Part shown: positions 1-12,576 of the stretch, one piece after another
Numbering within the stretch: the first letter of the stretch is position 1
How the letters are laid out: every line of letters starts with the position of its first letter
Assembly: GCA_964016885.1 (NCBI GenBank)
Contig: OZ024763.1
Span: 13,578,001 to 13,642,000, forward strand
Reading direction: 5' to 3'
Source of the DNA: Eledone cirrhosa
Taxonomy: Eukaryota
Length of the DNA: 64,000 nt
The notes under the pieces: model-generated
Database searches by the model: none
Told to the model about the DNA's origin: nothing
What the model saw: only the letters and a program-made list of their open reading frames with translations
Position numbers and translations under genes: made by a program

Positions 1-302
1 GGTTTCTCCCTGCATATGAAAGGCTGGTTATATGATGCCTGTGTGAGGAGCGCCATGTTGCATGGTAGTGAGACATGGGCAGCAACTGCAGAAGATATGC
101 AACGGCTGGAGAGAAATGAGGCAAGCATGCCCCGTTGGATGTGCAATGTCAATGTGCGTAAATGACCCAGCATGGATGTGTTGAGAGAGAAACTGTGTCT
201 GAGAGGGATAGAATGTAGTGTGCGAGAGAGGAGACTGAGGTGGTATGGACATGTGATGCGCATGGAGGATGACCGATGGGTGAAGAAGTGCCAGGAAATG
301 CC
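1..302 (+). mobile_element. RTE LINE 3' ORF fragment
   Basis: encodes YDACVRSAMLHGSETW...RLRWYGHVMRM, same family as 7020-8520. Confidence 0.85.
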
Positions 303-454
303 AGTTTTGTGCCAAAAGTAGAAACAATTATTAGTAAATCTTTCCAAATTCTTGATAACTTTCAAAAATATTTAAAACCATAGACAATGTCTTTCATTAG
401 AAATATTGTGTGAAAGGTATTAACTTTAATGTTTATTTCATTGTGTAAATGTAG

Positions 455-564
455 TTGGTAAGATGTATAAAGATGATAGAATGGAATGGTATAATCCAGT
501 GGAACAGGAACATTTCTCAAGTAGATTTGAATATGATGATGATGATGAAGCCAAGAAAAGTCAG
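455..564 (+). CDS. Gene A (uncharacterised large low-complexity protein), exon 1 in window, phase 1->0
   Basis: gtag|TT GGT AAG... encodes GKMYKDDRMEWYNPVEQEHFSSRFEYDDDDEAKKSQ, donor CAG|gtagga; frame joins the next exon. Confidence 0.7.
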
Positions 565-574
565 GTAGGAAATA

Positions 575-1385
575 GTCCTTGCTCTCCCCTTTAGTCCTTG
601 CTCTCCCCTATAGTCCTTACCCTTTCCCTATAGCCCTTACCCTTTCTCTATAGTCCTTACCCTTTCCCTATAGTCCTTACCCTTTCCCTATAGTCCTTAC
701 CCTTTCCCTATAGTCCTTACCCTTTCCCTATAGTCCTTACCCTTTCTCTATAGTCCTTACCCTTTCCCTATAGTCCTTACCCTTTCCCTATAGTCCTTAC
801 CCTTTCCCTATAGTCCTTACCCTTTCCCTATAGTCCTTACCCTTTCCCTATAGTCCTTACCCTTTCCCTATAGTCCTTACCCTTTCTCTATAGTCCTTAC
901 CCTTTCCCTATAGTCCTTACCCTTTCTCTATAGTCCTTACCCTTTCCCTATAGCCCTTACCCTTTCCCTATAGTCCTTACCCTTTCTCTATAGTCCTTGC
1001 TCTCCCCTATAGTCCTTACCCTTTCCCTATCGTCCTTGCTCTTCCCCTATAGTCCTTGCTCTCCCCTATAGCCCTTACCCTTTCTCTATAGTCCTTGCTC
1101 TCCCCTATAGCCCTTACCCTTTCTCTATAGTCCTTGCTCTCCCCTATAGTCCTTACCCTTTCCCTATCGTCCTTGCTCTTCCCCTATAGTCCTTACCCTT
1201 TCCCTATCGTCCTTGCTCTTCCCCTATAGTCCTTGCTCTCCCCTATAGTCCTTACCCTTTCCCTATAGTCCTTATCCTTTCCCTATAGTCCTTACCCTTT
1301 CCCTATAGTCCTTGCACCTCCCCTATAGTCCTTGCTCTCCCCTATAGTCCTTACCCTTTCCCTATAGTCCTTGCACCTCCCCTGT
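575..1385. repeat. 19/20-bp minisatellite (tagtccttaccctttcccta), ~40 copies
   Basis: direct reading. Confidence 0.95.
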
Positions 1386-1484
1386 GACCATGCTGGGGCA
1401 CCACATTCTTGTATTCTTTTACTGGTTTCCATCATTAGACTGTGGCCATCCTGGGGCACTACATGTACTTATTCTTTTACTGAT

Positions 1485-2270
1485 GGTGGCGGCTGTAGTG
1501 GTGTTGTTGTTGTTGTTGTTGTTGGTAGAGGTGGTAGTGGCGTTAGTGTTGTTGATGGTGATGGTGGTGTTAGTGGTTGTGGTGGCAGTAGTGGTGTTGG
1601 TGCTGTTGTTGTAGATGGTGGCGGTATTGTTGTTGGTGTTGTATTAATGTTGGTAGTGGTGTTGGTGATGTTGATAGTGGTGGTATTGGTGGTGGTGGCG
1701 GTGATGGTGTTGGTGGTGGTGGTATTGCTGTTGGTGTTGTTATTGTTGGTAGCGGTGTTGCTGTTATTGATGGTGGTGGTGGTGGTAGTGGTATTGGTGG
1801 TGGTGGTAGTGATGGCTGTAGTTTTGTTGGTGATGTTGATGGTGGTGGTGGTGTTGGTGTTGTTGCTGGTGGTGTTGGTGGTAGTGATGGTGGTGGTGGT
1901 GGTGGTGGCGGTAATGGTGTTGTTATTGTTGGTAGTGGTGTTGGTGTTGTTGGTGTTGGTGGTAGTGATGGCCGTAGTTTTGTTAGTGATGTTGATGGTG
2001 GTGGTGGTGGTGTTGACGTTGCTGGTGTTCCTGGTGGTGTTGGTGGTAGTGATAGTGATGGTGGAGGTGGTGGCGGTGGTAATGGTGTTGGTGGCGGTAT
2101 TGCTGTTGGTGTTGTTGATGGTGGTGGCGGTAATGGTGTTGTTGGTGGTAGTGATGGCCGTAGTTTTGTTGATGTTGATGGTGGTGGCGGTGGCGGCGGT
2201 AGTCGTGTTCCAGGTGGTGGTGGCGGTGTTGGTGGTGTTCCTGGTGGTGGTGGTGGTGGTGGTGTGGAGT
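1485..2270. repeat. (GGT/GTT) degenerate trinucleotide array
   Basis: direct reading. Confidence 0.95.
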
Positions 2271-2333
2271 CGAAGAAGAAGATAAAAGAAGAAAAAAGAA
2301 AAAAGATAAAAGACGAGAAGGAAAATAAAGCAG

Positions 2334-2386
<53 letters not shown>

Positions 2387-2748
2387 AAGTTTAGAAGGAG
2401 GAAGAGGAAGAAAAATAAAGTAGTATAGAGTGGGAGGGAAGGAAGAGAAAGCGGAGGGCGGAAGAGGGAGGGGGAAGAGAAACGAACGGACCAATGGGAA
2501 GCCGCCATACGCCCCATTTCTGAGCCTCTCTTTTTTCCTCTTCCTTCTGTATCTGATGTCGCTTGTGTGTTGCAGAGAGAGAGAAAGAGAGAGAGGGAGA
2601 GGAAGTGAGAAGAAGGGCAGCCAGCAGCGGCGGCTTGGCGATCGCCAGCTGCGGCTGCTGGGCGGCCCAGCCGCTCCAACATGGGTGCTGCTCTCTGGCT
2701 TCTTCCGATTGTCTTCCTATCTGATGTCGCTGCCGTGGGTATGCATAC

Positions 2749-2805
<57 letters not shown>

Positions 2806-2960
2806 GCTATATAACGAAAGAAATGTGGTAAGGAACCAGATGGACCATAACGCACCAGAGTACTCAATACTTAGGGTAGTAGAGTGGGTAATTCTGGACT
2901 TTTAGTCCAGAATTAGCCGTCGAAACGGCTTGAGCTCAGCCGTCGGGGTCCTACTCGTTC

Positions 2961-2991
<31 letters not shown>

Positions 2992-3114
2992 TAGTGAAAA
3001 TTTATACGGGAACAAAACAGAGGCAGACAAATATGTGGATATGTGCGTGTGTGTGTGAATATATATAGATATACATATATTCACACACACACATATATAT
3101 ATATATATATGTAT

Positions 3115-3167
<53 letters not shown>

Positions 3168-3745
3168 AACGAGTAGGACCCCGACGGCTGAGCTCAAGCC
3201 GTTTCGACGGCTAATTCTGGACTCAGTCCAGAAATAGCCGTCGAAACGGCTTGAGCTCAGCCGTCGGGGTCCTACTCGTTCCTATTACCCACTCTACTAC
3301 CCTAAGTATTGAGTACTTTGGTGCGTTATGGTCCACCTGGTTCCTTACCACATTTCCTTCGTCATATATATATATACACACCTCATTCCTCGCATCAAAT
3401 GGAACAAAACCGTCTAACCCATGCTAGAGTGAAAGATGGACGTTAAACGATGATGATATATAAAAATATACAGACACACATGCGCGCACACTCATATACA
3501 CAGACATAAATATATATATATATATATATGCACACACACGCACATATATATATAACGAAGGAAATGTGGTAAGGAACCAGATGGACCATAACGCACCAGA
3601 GTACTAAATAATTAGGGTAGTAGAGTGGGTAATAGGAAAATGTTAGACTCCGACGGCAGAGCTTAAGCCGTTTCGACGGCTATTTCTGGATTCTAGAAAT
3701 AGCCGTCGAAACGGCTTGAGCTCTGCCGTCGGGGTCTAACATTTT

Positions 3746-3785
<40 letters not shown>

Positions 3786-3946
3786 AAGGAAAAGCGAAGT
3801 AGTTTCAGATGTTCAAGTCCTTTAATAATAATATTATTATTAAAGGACTTGAACATCTGAAACTACTTCGCTTCGATATTTACTCCGTCACTCCTATGTG
3901 GAAAAAGTACGTTGAGTGCTTGAATTGAATTGCATCAATATTTACC

Positions 3947-4005
<59 letters not shown>

Positions 4006-4574
4006 AGCTCTGGTTTATCCAAACTATTGCGCCCTCTGCCACACATGTCGGATATTGTTTATCGTGATTTCGTGGGCCGATATTCCGATTCTCGATCATT
4101 CTATTATCATTACCCTATTATATTATATTATATTATATACATATTCACGAATATATATATAGGTATGTAATGTATATATATATTATACGAACATATATAT
4201 ATATGTATAGGAATGTATATATAACTAGAGAGAGAGAGACATATATATATGAATGTATGTATGTGTATTTAACAGGAAGCTTGCTCTGCCCTGCCCTGCT
4301 TTCCACGCCGCTACCTCTGACATCACCGAAATACAGTCACATGCACACACACACTCACAGACTGACGAACACACAGACATACGTAGCCTACCAATGTGCT
4401 AAAAATAGCAGCCAAATTTCCCTCAAATCACACATTACTGTCTTAAATATCTTGATATGATAGAAATAGCAGCCAAATCTCCCTTAAATCATATATAAGC
4501 TATCTACAATTGATGGGATGGTCACATGTGGAATGTCTGTGGTTATATGACTGACCTGACTGAGCAGTGTGTAA

Positions 4575-5365
4575 CTACTACCACCACCAACACCATACTA
4601 CTACTACTACCAGCACCACAAGCACCATTACTACTAATACAACCACCACCGACACCACTACTACTACTACTATTACCAGCACCAACACCACTACTACTAT
4701 CATCACTACTACCACCACCACCACCAACACCATACCACTACTACTACCATCACTACTACTACCACCACCAACACGATACTACTACTACTACCAGCACCAC
4801 AAGCGCCATTACTACTAATACAACCACCACTGACACCACTACTACTACTACCAGCACCAACACCATACCACTACTACTACTTCTGACACTAACACCACTA
4901 CAACTATTACTACTTGTAGTAGTATTAGTAGTTGGTGTTCTTGTTATTGTGGTTGCAGTAGTAGTAGCAGCTGTAGTAGTAGTAGTAGTAGTAGTAGCAG
5001 CAGCTGTAGTAGTAGTAGCAGCAGCAGCTGTAGTAGTAGTAGCAGCAGCAGCTGTAGTAGTAGTAGTAGCAGCAGCTGTAGTAGTAGTAGTAGCAGCAGC
5101 TGTAGTAGTAGTAGCAGCAGCTGTAGTAGTAATAGCAGCAGCAGTTGTAGTAGTAGTAGTAGTAGTAGCAGCAGCAGCTGTAGTAGTAATAGCAGCAGCA
5201 GCAGCTGTAGTAGCAGTATTAACAGTAGTAGCAGTTATTGTTGTTATTGTAGTAGTAGTTTGTGTTCTTGTTATTGTGGTAGTAGTAGTAGCAACCGAAG
5301 TAGTAGTAGTAGTAGTAGGTGTTGTGATGGTAGTAGTAGTAGTAGTAGTAGTAACTGTTGTAGTG
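4575..5365. repeat. (CTA/CCA)n followed by complementary (TAG/CAG)n array
   Basis: strand switch at ~4915. Confidence 0.9.
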
Positions 5366-5585
5366 TCATTGCCATAAACACTAACAATTAAGTCATAAAT
5401 ATTGTTGTTGTTGTTGAAATCATTATTATAAATATATCATTGTTGTAACATCTTAATCTTTTTTTCTCCATTTTTGTTGTCATGGCGACGAAAAAATAAT
5501 AATAAAAAAAAAAAATTTTAAATCCCACCCCTAAATAAAAAAAAAAATCTATTAAAAACCCCTTAAAAAACCCTAAAAGATACAG

Positions 5586-5886
5586 AATTTTGAGAAGGAT
5601 ATTAACCAGATGGAAAATATGATTTCATCCATGGAACAGATGTCAAAAAACATTAGGGCTCACCTGTTTGAGATGAAGATTGCGCCAAATGAAGGGCTCG
5701 CTAGAGAAGTCTCCTCCTATACAGTGGGGCCCTGCAACAGAGAGGAAGAACAGAAGAGTCCTTACACGCTTGGGTTGTACGACAGAGTGGAGAAAATATC
5801 TCATACATCGCAACCTTACAACAGAACAGACCGCGACTATAATACATGTGCAACCTCATCTAACCACTGCAGCAGCTACATGAAAG
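5586..5886 (+). CDS. Gene A exon, phase 0->1
   Basis: tacag|AAT..., NFEKDINQMENMISSMEQMSKNIRAHLFEMK...SSYMK, donor AAAG|gtaatt; overlaps ORF 5610-5966. Confidence 0.8.
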
Positions 5887-6026
5887 GTAATTATGGAAAG
5901 CTTATGCAACAGCAAATTCTAGCTGGCAGTTTATATAACATGAATGGACCTGTTATTTTTATCTAAAGACATTTTTTTCCAATTCCATCCCGCCCGTCCC
6001 CTCAATCTATTTTATTTCTCATTCTT

Positions 6027-6062
6027 TCTTCTGATGAAGGACTAGCGTCCGAAAAGTTAAGA
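6027..6062 (+). ncRNA. Minimal hammerhead ribozyme (stem III mutated)
   Basis: TCTT-CTGATGA-A-GGAC TAGC GTCC-GAA-AAGT-T-AAGA. Confidence 0.55.
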
Positions 6063-6638
6063 CCCTCTTCCTTCTATATCAAGCGTTAACCTAATATATC
6101 CCTTCCATATACTGTACCGATTGTGTTGTTATTTCTGTTTACCTTTTACACATATATATATATATATATATATAACGAAGGAAATGTGGTAAGGAACCAG
6201 GTGGACCATAACGCACCAAAGTACTCAATGCTTAGGGTAGTAGAGTGGGTAATAGGAATGAGTAGGACCCCGACTGCTGAGCTCAAGCCGTTTCGACGGC
6301 TAATTCTGGAATTCTTGAAACGGCTTGAGCTCAGACGTCGGGGTCCTACTCGTTCCTATATATATATATATACATATACTAATTAAAAGATCGGAGGCCA
6401 TATTCAGTTGATTCAGGTTTATTTAAATTGCTGTTATACATATTTCACTGAGGATTATCAGTTATGACAGCCTGAGCTTTTCAGACCGCAAGACCTATAA
6501 AAATTTGAAACGATTGAAAGTTCCTCAAAAAAATATCTTTAAATTTAAAAAAATCCCAAAACTGATACAAAGAAGTTTTTAGAGTTTTTTTTATTTCTTT
6601 TAGGAACTTTCAATCTTTTCAAAATTTTATAGGTTTTG

Positions 6639-6696
6639 CTGTCTGAAGAGTTCAGGATGTCATAACTGATATTCCTCAGTGAAATATGTATAACAG
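6639..6696 (+). ncRNA. Minimal hammerhead ribozyme in the right arm of a fold-back repeat
   Basis: CTGT-CTGAAGA-stem II (AGGA/TCCT, TGTCA/TGATA)-GAAA-TATGTA-TA-ACAG, then AATAAA. Confidence 0.65.
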
Positions 6697-7019
6697 AGTT
6701 TTAAATAAACCTAAATCAACTGAATATGGCCTCCGATCTTTTAATAATATATAATGCTCCGGCTTGCACCATTTATACAGGTCGTTGAATGCTTCATTTT
6801 ATCTTCTATATATATATATATATAGTGAAAGATTGAAGAGAAACATGGTCGGCTGTACAACAAGGGGCTTTTATTTCAGGTATTAACAATTATTTCATTG
6901 ATCAGGTGAGTCTAGAGGTCACTAATCGCTCGAAGTTGCGTCACTCGATCTCAATTACATTATTTACCTGTGATCAAATCCTCAGAATACAAATAATTGT
7001 TGTACAGCCGTCATGTTGT

Positions 7020-8520
7020 CGTAGCAGCATTATCATTAACTGCTACAAGGGTAAAGGAGATGCCCTAGATAGGGGTAACTATAGAGGCATTAAATTAATC
7101 GACCAGGTCATGAAGGTCACAGAAAAAGTAATAGCGCAACTAATCAGAGAGCGAATTGATCTAGATGAAATGCAGTTCGGGTTTGTATCAGGTAAAAGTA
7201 CCACAGATGCTCTTTTCATTGTAAGACAACTACAGGAGAAGTACCTAGCTAAAAGTAAACCCCTATACTTAGCTTTTGTCGACTTGGAGAAAGCCTTTGA
7301 CAGAGTCCCCCGCTCCATTATCTGGTGGGCTCTTAGAAAACTAGGTGTTGATGAATGGCTTGTGAGAGCTATACAAACCATGTATAAAGAAACAGTCAGC
7401 AAGGTTAGAATTAACAACGAATATAGTGAAGAGTTTAGCGTAAAAGTTGGTGTTCATCAGGGCTCCGTTCTTAGCCCCCTACTATTTATTGCCCTTCAGG
7501 CTATAACAGCGGAGTTCAAGACCGGCTGCCCATGGGAACTTCTATACGCAGATGATCTAACGCTCATAGCTGAATCAATGACTGAACTAGAGAAGAAATT
7601 CCAAACTTGGAAGCATGGCCTAGAATCAAAAGGCCTTAAAATTAACCTGTCTAAGACTAAAGTTCTAGTTTTTAGGAAGGAAAATAGGGCACCGGTCCCA
7701 TCTGGGAAATGGCCATGCTCAGTGTGTAGGAAAGGAATAGGCTGAAACTCCATTTTATGTCCAAAATGCAAAGTATATGTGCATAAAAGATGTAATGGGA
7801 TCACAGGTAAGCTAACTAAGATCATAGATTTTATATGTGGCCGGTGCTCAGGTGCAATTAGTAGCAGCAAGTGCCCGCAGAATACTAACTCATTCCATTG
7901 TACAGATGGTTCTATAGAAATAGTGGACACCTTCCGTTACCTGGGTGACAAAATCAGCAGTGGTGGAGGGTGCTCTGAAAGTACAGTAGCTAGAGTCAGA
8001 ATGGGATGGAAAAAGTTCAGAGAGCTTATACCACTATTGGCCGCTAAAGGGTTCTCCCTAAAAATGAAAGGCAGGCTGTATGATGCCTGCATATGAACAA
8101 CAATGTTACATGGCAGTGAGACTTGGGCATTGTGTGCAGGGGATATACGCAGACTGGAGAGGAACGAAGCTTGCATGCTCCGTTGGATGTGTAATAGTAA
8201 TATACGTGACAGCAAAGCATAAACGAACTAAGGGAGAAATTAGGAATAAGAGGGATCAGATGTTGTTTACTCGAGAGAAGACTACGTTGGTATGGTCACG
8301 TGATGCGCATGAAAGACGACAACTGTATAAAAAAGTGCAGGGCGATAAAAATAGACGGTAGCTACGGAGTAGGCAGACCCAGAAAAACCTGGGACCACTT
8401 GATAAATTCCGACCTCACACACTTACACCTCTCCAAGACAATGTCACTGGACCGAGATCTTTGGCGGTACTCAGTAATAGAGAAGACCCGCCTTACCTAA
8501 GTACAAAGCGAAACCTACAG
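7020..8520 (+). mobile_element. RTE-clade LINE, 5'-truncated, decayed RT ORF
   Basis: RT motifs QFGF, AFVDLEKAFDRV, GVHQGSVLSPLLF, YADD; Cys-rich CSVC..CPKC..VHKRC; FRYLG; in-frame stops at 7743 and 8094 plus frameshifts. Confidence 0.92.
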
Positions 8521-8589
8521 TCAGTAGGCACCCCTAACAAAAATACACCCCCGTTCCACTTCACCCACCCCATCCACACCACCCCTTTC

Positions 8590-8885
8590 AATGTAAAGTT
8601 ATGTTGGTACCACAACATCCAGGCCGAAACAAATGAGGTCGTGTAGGTGTCACGACAAAAAAACACACAGTCCACGCTGTAATGTGGCCGTGTAGGCAAC
8701 ACGGTAATAAGTTCCCAGTTCCACACTGTAAACGTGGTTGGTGTTAGGAAGGGCATCCAGCTGTAGAAAACCTGCCAGACAGTCCTATACGAGCAAGACA
8801 ACCAATCTTGCCTCAAATGGGAAAATTCCCGTCCAAACCCATGCAAGCGTGGAAGATGGACGTTAAACGATGATGATGATGATAT
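8590..8885 (+). mobile_element. RTE-tail SINE-like element; related copies 11860-12010, 15055-15210-, 19190-19675, 25485-25760-, 28345-28745-, 57030-57810-
   Basis: gttaggaagggcatccagctgtagaaaac...cccatgcaagcgtggaagatggacgttaaacgatgatg. Confidence 0.7.
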
Positions 8886-9222
8886 ATATATATATATATA
8901 TATGTATGTTTATGTATGTATATGTATGTTTATGTATGTATGTATATGAATGTATGTATATGAATTTATATACATGTGTGTGTGTGTGTGTGTATATATA
9001 TATCAAAAAGGGTGTGGTAAAATACCAGGTGGACCATAATCCACCAGAGTACTCGATACTGGGGTAGTAGAGTGGGTAATATGAAAAGATTCAGGACCCC
9101 AACGGGTTCGGATCTAGCTGTCAAAATAGCCGGAGCTCAGCTGCCGGGGCCCTGAATCTTTTTCATATGTATATATATATATATGCTACAATAACTTACC
9201 TGTACGTTTATCCATTGCACAG

Positions 9223-9263
9223 CCTTCAGTTGCAGTTCCACTGAAGACACCAACGGTAACAAT
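9223..9263 (+). CDS. Gene A microexon, phase 1->0 (alternative phase-1 donor at 9267)
   Basis: ttgcacag|CC TTC AGT... AFSCSSTEDTNGNN|gtaggt; needed to bridge the phases of 5886 and 10470. Confidence 0.55.
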
Positions 9264-9429
9264 GTAGGTAACTCTTGAATATGCTGAACTATACACAGAG
9301 AAACAGATTGAGGGGGTGGATACTGTGACAGAGGTACACAGAAGTCTCTCATGTGCCACCTACACACACACACATTATATATTATGTATGAAATTGCCCT
9401 CCAAAAGGTGGTTGAACAGGTGTAGAGAT

Positions 9430-10140
9430 GCAGTTATTCGTGGTCTTCCTCTACTGCATCTTCCTTCCATTGGGATTTCTTGGCACTTCTTCACCCAGTG
9501 GTCATCCTCCATGCATATCACGTGTCCATACCAATGCAGTCTTCTCTCCCGTGCACTACAGTTTATGCCTCTTATACACAGTTTCACTCTCAACTCGTCT
9601 ATGCTTGGTCGTTCTCACACATTCACATTGCACATCCATTGGAGCATGCTCGCTTCATTTCTTTCCATCCGTCACATATCCTCCGAAGTTGCTGGCCATG
9701 TCTCACTACCATGCAGCATCGTGCATTTCACATAGGCATCGTATAAGTGACCTTTCGTTTGTAGGGAGAAACCCTTCATTGTCAACAGAGGAAGCAGCTC
9801 TCTAAACTTCTTCCAACCTGTCCTTATTCTAGATACTATGGCCTCAGAGCACCCTCCTCCCTTGCTAATCTGATCACCTAGGTATCGGAAGCTATCAACC
9901 ACCTCTATAGGTCCTACCTGCATTTGAAAAATGTGCCTATCACTGACACTTCTACTATCAAATTTCCCTGAATATCTACTACATATGTAGTTTTCCCTAC
10001 CTGTTAGTTTACATGCTATCCCATTACATCTCTTGTGTACCCAAGATCTGCATTGTGTACATTCTATAGAGTTTATGCCAACTCCTTTTCTACATATTGA
10101 ACATGGCCATTTCCCTGATGGAATCAGAGTTTTGTCCATA
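9430..10140 (-). mobile_element. RTE LINE fragment
   Basis: PSGKWPCSICRKG...FRYLGD...HGSETW...RLHWYGHV on the - strand. Confidence 0.88.
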
Positions 10141-10469
10141 TACATACATACATATATATATATGTATATGCACACACATATATTGACATATATATCATCA
10201 TAATCTCCATGTCCACTACCACCAATACCAACACCACCACCACAACTACCACCACAACTACCACCACAAGCAACACCATCATCACAACTACCACCACAAC
10301 CATCACCACCACCACAACCAACAACAACCAGCACCACAACCAACAACAACCACCACCACCACTACCATCACTATCACCACAACTACGACAACCAACATCA
10401 CCACCACCATCACCACAACAACCTGTAGACCACCTAACAATTAAACATTTGTTGTGTCTCCCTAACCAG

Positions 10470-10584
10470 GATTCCATATCAGATGATGGCCTGCAATGGC
10501 GCCACCAGCCTGAAGATGAGTTCACAAGCACCACAGACAGTCTATCTCCAGCCTTAGTACAAAGACAAACAATCAAGTTGGAAG
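10470..10584 (+). CDS. Gene A exon, phase 0->1
   Basis: ctccctaaccag|GAT..., DSISDDGLQWRHQPEDEFTSTTDSLSPALVQRQTIKLE, donor GAAG|gtctgc. Confidence 0.7.
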
Positions 10585-11738
10585 GTCTGCTATCAATATA
10601 TTCTCTTTTATTTATATTCTTTTCTACCAGTTTACACTGGTTTATACTCTTCTATAAGGTGACAAATTGGCAGAGTCTTTAGAATGTCAGATAAAATGCT
10701 CTGCAGTATTGGTTCAGCTATCTGCTCTCTGAGTTTTATTTCTAACCAAGGTCAACTTTGCTTTTCATTCATTTAAGGTCTATAAAAAAAAGTACCAATC
10801 AAATACTGAAGTAGATTCTTCTTCTATATCTCTTTCTCACTTCCCTGCGCTCACTCTGTATCTTTGGAAGAAATCTGCTGTATTCAAACCTGGAAAAGGG
10901 ATGGGCTATACCAGCTGTCCACCTAAGTTATAATTAAATAACAATGTGCAGACATCACAGAAATGTACATAACAGTTATAAATTGAATTATGTAATAACA
11001 ACCATGTCTTAATGTTCTGTGAATATATATATATATATATATATTAGGAAGGGCATCCAGCCATATATGATGATGATGATGATGATGATGAAATTTTACA
11101 TCCGCTTTTCCCTGCTTGCAAGGGTGGGATGGGAACTGATTCTGGCTTGATTTCTACAGCTGGATGCCCTTCCTAACACCAACCTCATTTACAGTGAGTG
11201 CTGGGTGCTTTTTTGCCGTGGCGCCTACACGTCCACTTTGCAGTGGAATGATAGGGAACCCAGTCCCTATCATCTCATTTCTACAGCTGAGTAAACTGGA
11301 GCAATGATATATTGAGTTAAGAACTCAGAGTAGTCTCTTACAATTAAATAGCTCTAAGAAAAAAGCTTTTCCGAGCCGTACAATATAATTGAATGAGAGA
11401 TCTGTTATTTTTCTTAATTTTTCTTAATTTAATATTTAAAGTTAAGGATAACAAACCATATTGTTGTAGTTAGCATTTTTTCACCCTAGCAAATTTGGTC
11501 CTTACGATTCGAACACATGTATGTTTATATTAGTGTTCATCTCTCTTGTTTATTCAATTATTATATTATATATATATATATATATATAATATATATATAT
11601 ATATAATATATATATATATGTATATAATATATATATATGAAGGTGGCCGACTGAACTAGAAACTGCTAAATGTGTGGCCGCCTTCTTGTCACTCTGCCTT
11701 TTTAGCCCCATGGATTATATTCCTTTGTTAAATTTTGA

Positions 11739-11796
11739 ATACCTGATGATGTCACCGAATTCATACTGAACCCGGTCATTGAAATATTCATAGTAT
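11739..11796 (+). ncRNA. Degenerate minimal hammerhead ribozyme followed by AATAAA
   Basis: ATAC-CTGATGA-TG(TC)ACCG..CGGTCA-TT-GAAA-TATTCA-TA-GTAT. Confidence 0.5.
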
Positions 11797-12029
11797 AATA
11801 AACCTTTAAGGAATTACACCAGTCTAGCCTCCTGTTATTTTATAATACATATATATGTGTGTTAGGAAGGGCATCCAGCCGTAGAAAACCTGCCAGATAG
11901 TCCTATACAAGCAAGTCACGGTCACCTGACCAATCTTGCCTCAAGTGGGACAATTCCCATTTAACCCATGCTAGCGTGGAAGATAGACATTAAATGATGA
12001 TGATGATGATGATATATATCATCATCATC

Positions 12030-12281
12030 ATTTTACGTCCAATTTTCCCTGCTTGCAAGGGTGGGACGGGTCTTATTCAGCACAGCATCTCTCCACTCGT
12101 CACGGTCCCTCGTCATCTCCACCGTGAGCTTCAATGATCTGAGGTCTGTTCTCACCACCTCCGCCCATGTTTTTCGTGGTCTACCTCTACCACGTCTTCC
12201 TTCAACTGGCAATTCCTGGCACTTCTTCACCCATCGGTCATCCTCCATGCACATCACATGTCCATACCACCTCAGTCTCCA
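12030..12281 (-). mobile_element. RTE LINE 3' end with (GAT)n tail
   Basis: RLRWYGHV...GRPRKTW and tail cccacccttgcaagcagggaaaa. Confidence 0.85.
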
Positions 12282-12329
12282 TATATATATATATGTTTTG
12301 TTTTTTTTAAACAAATAACCCTATAATCA

Positions 12330-12473
12330 TGTGGTAACTTGTACAATACATATCTGAATATAAAGTTTGATTCCTTTTTTATAATTTTTATGAATTTTCA
12401 TAAAGTTATTTACATCTTGGGCATTTGTTAAAAATTGTGAACATAATCGGATGATTCTTTTTGATACACCCTG
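12330..12473. mobile_element. Tc1/mariner-like MITE end
   Basis: ...ttttgatacaccctg|TA, i.e. TA|CAGGGTGTATCAAAA on the - strand; only one end seen. Confidence 0.5.
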
Positions 12474-12502
12474 TATGATATCTTTTAATGCTATCTCTAC
12501 AG

Positions 12503-12573
12503 ATCTGGTGAACCAGGCAGCCAAGTTACTGGAAGATGACAACACCAAATCTGATATTGACACAGATGCTTTG
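12503..12573 (+). CDS. Gene A exon, phase 1->0
   Basis: ctctacag|AT CTG..., DLVNQAAKLLEDDNTKSDIDTDAL, donor TTG|gtaaga. Confidence 0.8.
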
Positions 12574-12576
12574 GTA

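Noticed and set aside
6906-8500. Functional reverse transcriptase gene
   Set aside because: 5'-truncated with no endonuclease, and carries in-frame stops and frameshifts.
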